From a virus, in the IMG/VR virus record IMGVR_UViG_3300024254_000001, positions 1 to 56,377 of that record: a stretch of 56,377 nucleotides of DNA; one strand, written 5' to 3'. The notes beneath the pieces were generated by a model that saw only the letters and a program-made list of their open reading frames with translations, was not told where the DNA came from and made no database searches. Both the position numbers and the translations under genes were made by a program. This document shows positions 51,011 through 56,377 of the stretch, one piece after another (within the stretch, counting starts at the first letter, position 1; each line of letters starts with the position of its first letter).

Positions 51011-51417
51011 ATCACCAACCCCAAATCTTTCCTCAGTTCATCACGGCGCATCTTCAACCGCTTCCGTTCACCCTTGTACTCCTCCCAGAACCCGTCCCCC
51101 AACTTTTTCAGCCGGTCCATTACGCGCTCGTATTCCTTCTGCTTTACCATCATCAAGGCTCCGCTCATTGGAGGATGACCATTTCCATTGGCCCCAGGTC
51201 TGCCGCGATCTTCCCACTCCAAACGCCAGTGTAACACCGCCCCAGCAAATGATTTCATCGGAATTCTCGCCCTCCCGCAAACCCACCCAACCTTCGAGTA
51301 GTGCGCGAACAGCTTGTCGCCCTCGCGCTCCGGCATCCCCTCAGCAATCGCAGCCCTCCGGCATTCTTCCAATGACGGCTCCAGCAACATTGCTGTACGT
51401 GTACCTGAGGACTTCAT
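51007..51417 (-). CDS. Hypothetical protein (136 aa)
   Basis: ORF preceded by a leader-motif variant. Confidence 0.65.
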   Translation of the reverse strand: MKSSGTRTAMLLEPSLEECRRAAIAEGMPEREGDKLFAHYSKVGWVCGRARIPMKSFAGAVLHWRLEWEDRGRPGANGNGHPPMSGALMMVKQKEYERVMDRLKKLGDGFWEEYKGERKRLKMRRDELRKDLGLVI

Positions 51418-51432
51418 TTGCCTTATTCAGTA
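51418..51432 (-). promoter_or_regulatory. Early leader motif variant (TACTGAATAAGGCAA)
   Basis: Immediately upstream of ATG 51417. Confidence 0.4.
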
Positions 51433-51467
51433 CGGTACCAGATCAAAACTTTAAATATTTCACAGCG

Positions 51468-51506
51468 CAAAGCCCCCTTAGCCCCATTGGCTAAGGGCAG
51501 GCTTTG
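51468..51506. terminator. Strong 16-bp interrupted hairpin
   Basis: CAAAGCC-CCCTTAGCC-loop-GGCTAAGGG-CA-GGCTTTG gives 7+9 bp. No adjacent U-tract, so terminator function is uncertain. Confidence 0.4.
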
Positions 51507-51832
51507 AACTGAGCCTAAAAGCATCTCAGCTAACAAGAATCTCCAAAACAGGAGACTCAGGGCTTTTCCAGTGTGTTACAGCTTCCTCCGCTGTAGTGCT
51601 TGCTATCGGAGGAAGTTTCGGAGCCGGGACCACCTGCACGCCATCCCGCCAGCAATCGCTCACCCATGGGCTGGTTGTCTCGCCACTCACGGCCATCGTT
51701 CACACCAGCTTGCGGCTGGTTCACCGTCAATCCGTGGAGCACAGTCAGTGGAGAGTACCTGCCGAGGACTATGGGATACGCCTCAGCCCGGGCTGGCTCA
51801 CCGCACGCGGCCCCAGCAGGTACAAAAAAAGT

Positions 51833-51949
51833 GCCCGGGCTGAAATCGCGCAAGAAGATGAACCGCAGCGCAAGCCTTTTTAGGGCACCCGGGCAAACTG
51901 AATTTGATGCTTTGCGGTTCATTTATCAAGCCCTGATTTCAGTCTGGGC
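51833..51949. other. Nested inverted repeats (long imperfect hairpin/cruciform)
   Basis: The inner repeat is a perfect 10 bp, ATGAACCGCA (51858-67) / TGCGGTTCAT (51913-22). The outer repeat is GCTGAAATC (51839-47) / GATTTCAG (51935-42) plus flanking GC pairs. Confidence 0.55.
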
Positions 51950-51965
51950 TGCACTGACGGTGACG

Positions 51966-51994
51966 TTTTTACCAGAGCCTCCAAAATCCGTCAA
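51966..51994 (-). promoter_or_regulatory. Sigma70-like promoter candidate TTGACG-N17-TAAAAA (minus strand)
   Basis: Read on the reverse complement. It would transcribe into the inverted-repeat region. Confidence 0.35.
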
Positions 51995-52036
51995 TGGGGG
52001 ATTTTTACGAGTTATTGGAAAGTTATTCACAACGAT

Positions 52037-52246
52037 TCACCACAATGCCCCGGCACCCTCCCCAGACTGCGCTATCCGAGCGTAAGTCAATCTGCCAGTC
52101 AGGTATTTGACCGCTTGCAGCTTGCTCATGTAACGAATGTCAGGAAGCTCTTTGACCGTTTCCCAGCCAGACGTGATGTTGTTAAATTGCCCCACAAACA
52201 AATCCGGCCTCTGGCGCTTGAGCCTATTCCATTTTTTTCGGGTCAT
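52037..52246 (-). CDS. Small hypothetical protein (69 aa), possibly DNA-binding
   Basis: ORF with an ATGA overlap to the upstream micro-gene. Confidence 0.5.
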   Translation of the reverse strand: MTRKKWNRLKRQRPDLFVGQFNNITSGWETVKELPDIRYMSKLQAVKYLTGRLTYARIAQSGEGAGALW

Positions 52247-52419
52247 GGGCTTTCAGCAATCGTGTGGTAAGTGGCATACGACTGAGCTTTCTCAACCTCC
52301 AGGCGTTGATTGTCAGGCCAGTGTTGTTTCCAGTAAGCGTTTTCCATGGCCCAACGAAGCCAACCAATTGCCCGCTCAGCCTTTTTGGTCAACACAACGT
52401 CATCACCGATTAGATACAT
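52243..52419 (-). CDS. Small ORF (58 aa, below the ORF-track cutoff)
   Basis: MYLIGDDVVLTKKAERAIGWLRWAMENAYWKQHWPDNQRLEVEKAQSYATYHTIAESP. Confidence 0.4.
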   Translation of the reverse strand: MYLIGDDVVLTKKAERAIGWLRWAMENAYWKQHWPDNQRLEVEKAQSYATYHTIAESP

Positions 52420-52633
52420 TCAACTCCCTCCAAACGTTCTCCGCTTGTTTCTCCAACGATTTCAACGTGTCCCCAGGCACCCGGCCCGCCGCAAGCTCGC
52501 CTGAGTTAAACTCACGCTCATTGCACAGCAACTTAATCTTGCCGCGAGCGCCGGAGAATCGCACCACGCATTTGGGGTAACCACGATGGAGCAGCGAGCG
52601 CCAGCCTGATTTCTTCCAGCCGTTGGATTTCAT
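52403..52633 (-). CDS. Hypothetical protein (76 aa)
   Basis: ORF from the track. It overlaps the next ORF by 17 nt. Confidence 0.45.
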   Translation of the reverse strand: MKSNGWKKSGWRSLLHRGYPKCVVRFSGARGKIKLLCNEREFNSGELAAGRVPGDTLKSLEKQAENVWRELNVSNR

Positions 52634-52959
52634 ATCTTGGCCAGTTTGCAGTACGCTTCGACCTCCTCAGCGCTCATCACCTTGCCGTAATCAGTCTCCC
52701 ATTCGCGCATGACTTTGCCCGGTGGAATGCGGCTGATTGCCACAACGATTTTCCCCGTGATAACTTCATTGCACAGGTCACAGTGAATATCAGACACCGG
52801 TGTAAAGTCGCCATTCACCGCAATCCCGTGACCACCGGGAACCCGGCTGTTTGAGAGATAGACCCCTCGACTTGTCCATCCGTCACGCTGCTCCGAATCG
52901 TGTAGCTGCCCGGCAAGCGCAGCCGTCCCGCACTGGAAACATAGAATCTGGCGACTCAT
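52630..52959 (-). CDS. Cys-containing hypothetical protein (109 aa)
   Basis: Contains CFQCG...CDLC. 4-nt overlaps with both neighbours. Confidence 0.6.
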   Translation of the reverse strand: MSRQILCFQCGTAALAGQLHDSEQRDGWTSRGVYLSNSRVPGGHGIAVNGDFTPVSDIHCDLCNEVITGKIVVAISRIPPGKVMREWETDYGKVMSAEEVEAYCKLAKI

Positions 52960-53423
52960 TTACCATCCTCCGGCAGTACGAAGCGTTTCATTTTCGACGC
53001 ACATGCGTTCTCAGCGTTTTCGATTTCAGCGCTCTTTTGGGCAAGCTCTTGAAGTTCCTTCACCAACGCATCGTTGTGAGCGTTACACGGGTAAATGTGC
53101 CGGGAATCCACCTTTCTCCGTTCAGCCTTTGTCCCAAATGGATAATTCACCCAAACGTCTCGGGACGTCTGCCATTTTGGAGGTATCGCAATGCTGGTGA
53201 CTTCTACAAGCACCGGATTTTCACGGTAATCCATGTACCACGCCTTGAACCGTTCAAACGGAGCCGTCTCTTTCGGCTCCGGCTTATCAATGCACTGCTT
53301 GGCCAGTTCGAGAGAATCAAGCTGGCGCTCTCTGCCCCGCACCTCACACACCCACTTGTTTGTGCGAGGCTCGTAAACGATTTCCACATCATGCCAGACA
53401 ACTTTGATTTCCGTTGCTTTCAT
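52956..53423 (-). CDS. Hypothetical protein (155 aa)
   Basis: ORF with 4-nt overlaps. Confidence 0.65.
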   Translation of the reverse strand: MKATEIKVVWHDVEIVYEPRTNKWVCEVRGRERQLDSLELAKQCIDKPEPKETAPFERFKAWYMDYRENPVLVEVTSIAIPPKWQTSRDVWVNYPFGTKAERRKVDSRHIYPCNAHNDALVKELQELAQKSAEIENAENACASKMKRFVLPEDGK

Positions 53424-54529
53424 ACACCCTCCTTTTTCATCAATGACGGAGCGTTCTGAGTGACTTCAACAAGACCCTCCGTGACTGCTCGCACAGATTT
53501 ATCCAGCGCATTGCCTTTCGCGCCGGTGACTGTGTTCAACTGATTTCGCAGCTTCGTCTTGCCCACAACGATGCACCGCATGAATTGCTCCAGCGTGCCA
53601 CCCAGGGCAGCGAACCGGGTGAAGCACTGTTGCGGGTCGGTGATCGTCTCGCGCTTGTTGCCAGGGCGAAGCTCCCACCCCGGTGGCACATGCTCTTTCA
53701 GAAACGCTTTGATTTGGTCCAGCAAATCATAAGCAGGCCCCAACGCCTCAGCCGCTTGCGCCCGTTGCTCCGGAGTCCAACTAATCATTGGCACGTCCAG
53801 AGCCGAGAGCATTTGCGGTGGGACGATCGTTCCGGCCCATTTCTGGTATTCCACGCACTTGGTCTTGGCCAAACAGAATTGACACTGCGCTTCGCCGGGC
53901 ACCCGTTGACCATTGGGGTCATTGGAGCGCAGCACGCGGATGAACATTTCATGCTGCGAACGGTCCAGGTCTTCTGTCACGTAAACGCACACCTCCGGCG
54001 TATGCGTCACGAACGGTTGCACGATGACCGCAGCAACCTCAGTGATCGGCATAAGCTCCCCCCGAGCCAGAACAGCCAGATCGCGCAGTTGCAGATTGCG
54101 AGGAGAGGCTGGAGTGTCGCCACTTAATGTTTTGTAATCTGCGATCAGCAGGCGCGTTGCCGCCCGGTAAATCACATCGGCCTCTCCGGAGTGCTCGACA
54201 ACGCCGCCATCGGCCCGCTGGATTTTAACCCAGAATCGTTTGTGCCGAAACACGCGCACCGGGTCTTTGCTGTCCCCGAGGAACTGCGCAACGGTTTTCT
54301 TTTCGATGTCCTGACAGGCATCAAACACCTCGCGCTCCTCCAGGGTGAGCTTGTCAGCAAGGGCATTATCAGCGAGAGCTTCGTGAATGCGCGAACCGGA
54401 ACTGGCTTCCTCTGATTTTGGAGGCTCAGACATCCCGCGTTGTGCGAGAAAGCGACCGGGACAGAGGGAGTCCGCCAAGGCCGAACTAGCACTAGTTGCT
54501 CCTCTGCGCGGGTCATTTACTGTGTGCAT
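53420..54529 (-). CDS. PD-(D/E)XK exonuclease, Cas4-like (4-Cys cluster)
   Basis: N-terminal Cys in SLCPGRF. EADVIY...LLIADYKT supplies the D...D/ExK motif. The C-terminus has CQFCLAKTKC. Confidence 0.8.
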   Translation of the reverse strand: MHTVNDPRRGATSASSALADSLCPGRFLAQRGMSEPPKSEEASSGSRIHEALADNALADKLTLEEREVFDACQDIEKKTVAQFLGDSKDPVRVFRHKRFWVKIQRADGGVVEHSGEADVIYRAATRLLIADYKTLSGDTPASPRNLQLRDLAVLARGELMPITEVAAVIVQPFVTHTPEVCVYVTEDLDRSQHEMFIRVLRSNDPNGQRVPGEAQCQFCLAKTKCVEYQKWAGTIVPPQMLSALDVPMISWTPEQRAQAAEALGPAYDLLDQIKAFLKEHVPPGWELRPGNKRETITDPQQCFTRFAALGGTLEQFMRCIVVGKTKLRNQLNTVTGAKGNALDKSVRAVTEGLVEVTQNAPSLMKKEGV

Positions 54530-54965
54530 ATTGGACCATCCTTTCAGTAGTTAAAATTTTAGCCGTTGGCCAACCAAGACGAACACGGTTCCTTAATGTA
54601 GTCACCGGGAGTCCAGAAATCTCCGACCACTCAACCACAGAAAAAGTACTCCCTTCAAACGTCAATAACCGATTGCTGCTCCTGTTTCTCGCCTGCTCTT
54701 TGCGAGTCGCCCAACAACAATTAGCCGATTGGTAGCCCAGCCGACGATCCTTCCTTTCAATCGTGTGCCTAGGAGACGGTTTTGGCCCCATGTCCGAAAG
54801 AAATGTTTCAAAGCTGTTCCACCGCTCGCAAATCGTAATGCCGGAACCGCCATAGCACGGGTAATCAGCATGGCGTGGATTTAGGCATCTGGAGCGCATA
54901 GCATACCAACTTATGTATTCAGAAGTCTCGTTGCCGTGTCGCGCATGTCCGTGAGTCTTTTTCAC
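54513..54965 (-). CDS. Free-standing homing-endonuclease-like DNA-binding protein (second copy of the family)
   Basis: YISWYAMRSRCLNPRHADYPCYGGSGITICERWNSFETFLSDMGP...NCCWATRKEQARN. It is inserted between the annealing-protein and nuclease genes. Confidence 0.8.
   Translation of the reverse strand: MKKTHGHARHGNETSEYISWYAMRSRCLNPRHADYPCYGGSGITICERWNSFETFLSDMGPKPSPRHTIERKDRRLGYQSANCCWATRKEQARNRSSNRLLTFEGSTFSVVEWSEISGLPVTTLRNRVRLGWPTAKILTTERMVQYAHSK
54536..54550 (-). promoter_or_regulatory. Early leader motif variant (CTACTGAAAGGATGG)
   Basis: Lies 6 nt upstream of ATG 54529. Confidence 0.5.
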
Positions 54966-56125
54966 TTCCCACCTCTCATTTCCTTAATCTTCGCGGCAAC
55001 CGGCGTGAACTGTGCCGCCGTGGATTCCACAACGGTTGGCAGGCCGATCATAACTTCCTCCAGGCTGGAGTGACTGCCATCAGTCGCCCCGGTGGCAACC
55101 CAGTACTCCAGCATTTCGGTTTCCTTTATGCCGCCCATCTTGAGCAGATTGCGCAGAGCCTTGAGCGGATTGTAAGCCGACTTCGTTTCAGGCTCAGGGG
55201 CAGGCGCAGAAGGTTCGGGGTAAATCGCCTGTGACCCCGGAGGATCGCCCGCGAGCTTTTCTCTGGTTTCCGCCGCCGCCTGAGCAGCCGCTTGCAACTT
55301 AGCCAGAGCTTGCGCCTTGGTGTCAGCCGACTTGGGGGCAAAATCCGGTGAGGACGTAGCAGGCTTGAAATAATCCTCACGTGTGCCAACGCCATCCCGG
55401 AGCGACTTGAAAATCCGTTTGAGGGACGCGATCTGATTCTCGCTCACCGCATCCAGCTTGTTGCCCAAACGCGCCTCAATCATTTCCTGTGTAACGGCAA
55501 ACTCTTGAAACGCGGCGACCATCTTGACGGCACGATCTTTCAAATGCTCATTCCCGGCACCCGCTTTGAGCGTTGCCCGGCATTGATCCACCGCAGCAAT
55601 CACGACGTCAGAATCAATAACCTCCTCCAGGCAGGCGCGAACCCGGCGAGCCGCCGCATTGGCCAGCAACTCGTAAATGTCCCGCTCATCTTTCAACTCG
55701 TAACTGCCATCCCGCGTGTCCCGCTTGTGAGTGACCTTGAATGTGCGCTCCGCTTGAGTATTGGTTTGCATGTCCCAGGCAAAGGCGCGTACGGAACTGA
55801 TACCGTTGCCGCGCTCCGTCTCAGTCCACCCATGGCGAATGTTGCCCCACCGGCTGGCGATTGCGCGAAGCAGGTCAATCGTTGGACCGGTGATCCGAGT
55901 GCCGCCCCGGTTGTATTCGTACTCGGAAACCTCAGCCAATTCCACGCGCTTGCAGGCAGTGAGAATTTTCCCGAGCAGCTTAACCTCATCACGCGGGAAC
56001 CGTTGCGCGATAACCAGGGCAGCTTGAATTTCCTGAGTGGCGCGAGCTACCGCACCGGCATCGTTTTGGGCAAGGGCCATCGCCCCGGCACTCTCATCGA
56101 ACAGTTGAACTTTGTCGTTACTCAT
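54962..56125 (-). CDS. Putative single-strand annealing/recombination protein (tentative)
   Basis: Called from its position upstream of the nuclease. The segment YEYNRGGTRITGPTIDLLRAIASRWGNIRHG...AFAWDMQTNT resembles phage recombinase-associated families, from memory. ATG 56125 is preferred over GTG 56161. Confidence 0.6.
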   Translation of the reverse strand: MSNDKVQLFDESAGAMALAQNDAGAVARATQEIQAALVIAQRFPRDEVKLLGKILTACKRVELAEVSEYEYNRGGTRITGPTIDLLRAIASRWGNIRHGWTETERGNGISSVRAFAWDMQTNTQAERTFKVTHKRDTRDGSYELKDERDIYELLANAAARRVRACLEEVIDSDVVIAAVDQCRATLKAGAGNEHLKDRAVKMVAAFQEFAVTQEMIEARLGNKLDAVSENQIASLKRIFKSLRDGVGTREDYFKPATSSPDFAPKSADTKAQALAKLQAAAQAAAETREKLAGDPPGSQAIYPEPSAPAPEPETKSAYNPLKALRNLLKMGGIKETEMLEYWVATGATDGSHSSLEEVMIGLPTVVESTAAQFTPVAAKIKEMRGGK

Positions 56126-56135
56126 ATTTTCGATT

Positions 56136-56377
56136 TCAATAAGCCTTTGGTTTAACAGCACAGAGCAAGGCGGTTTCTGTGTGTTGCGCTAAAAGAATTC
56201 GACTTACTAATTCATCGCAATCGTGACGAGCTAGTTTGGAGCCGTAGCCGTCGCCGGAGCCGTAGCCGTCGCCGTCGCCGGAGCCGTGGCCGTAGCCGTC
56301 GCCGTAGCCGTCGCCGTAGCCGTAGCCGTAGCCGTAGGCGGAGCCGTCGCCGTAGCCGGAGCCGTAGTCGTAGCCGG
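56136..56377 (-). CDS. 3' part of the Gly-X repeat protein ORF (continues from nt 1-128)
   Basis: In frame with 1..128 across the 25-nt end overlap. It translates ...GDGSAYGYGYGYGDGYGDGYGHGSGDGDGYGSGDGYGSKLARHDCDELVSRILLAQHTETALLCAVKPKAY, with the stop at 56138-56136. Confidence 0.5.
   Translation of the reverse strand, partial: GYDYGSGYGDGSAYGYGYGYGDGYGDGYGHGSGDGDGYGSGDGYGSKLARHDCDELVSRILLAQHTETALLCAVKPKAY
56238..56377. repeat. Degenerate hexanucleotide tandem repeat, right end
   Basis: About 23 units of GCC+GTA/GGA/GTC (rarely GTG or GGC variants). The last 25 nt equal the first 25 nt of the window. Confidence 0.95.

Noticed and set aside
51557-51922. 121-aa minus-strand ORF and the overlapping plus-strand ORFs 51571-51843, 51596-51883 and 51600-52085
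   Set aside because: Several frames are open at once in the same stretch. The translations are Pro/Arg/Gly/Ser-rich and unconvincing. The ATG of the minus ORF lies inside a perfect inverted repeat. Not annotated as CDS and kept as an open question in the findings.

Overview
The window reads as one complete, circularly closing tailed dsDNA phage genome of about 56.35 kb. Nt 1-25 are identical to nt 56353-56377, and a minus-strand ORF stays in frame across that junction.

I count about 85 plausible ORFs in alternating strand blocks:
- **Minus-strand early-type block** (wraps 56161->46350 and 7076->1). It holds a recombination module (annealing-protein candidate plus Cas4-like PD-(D/E)XK nuclease), a RusA-like protein, many tiny Zn-ribbon ORFs, a MoxR-like AAA+ ATPase with a VWA/metallopeptidase protein, a DUF3150-like protein and homing endonucleases.
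- **Short plus block** (7187-9539) with a DHH/DHHA1 phosphoesterase.
- **Minus block** (9419-12751) ending in an XRE-type regulator.
- **Long plus block** (12851-46161). It starts with a translationally coupled enzyme operon: two paralogous proteins plus one unrelated protein of unknown function (possibly glycosyltransferase-like), a radical SAM enzyme and a SAM methyltransferase. Then come portal, ATP-grasp protein, scaffold, capsid, repeat/LRR fibre, membrane proteins, T7 gp12-like nozzle, Ig-like fibre proteins, internal proteins and a 2163-aa giant protein. This block is interrupted by an inverted TerL+HNH cassette (29544-32070).

Stop/start overlaps (ATGA, GTGA) are pervasive. By eye I found no rRNA, tRNA, CRISPR array, integrase, DNA polymerase or recognisable endolysin.

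Non-coding signals:
- a conserved TTACTGAAAGGAAA leader motif on early genes
- a bipartite AAGCATCAC-N8-11-TAGTRG (one TATGGT variant) motif
- TTGAnn-N17-TAAAAG promoter-like sites
- a G-quadruplex/iteron-like region (7642-7953)
- a structured gene-poor region (51430-52036)
- the terminal Gly-X-coding hexamer repeat

All functional calls rest on motif recognition by eye, with no searches run. Start codons were adjusted manually and are provisional.
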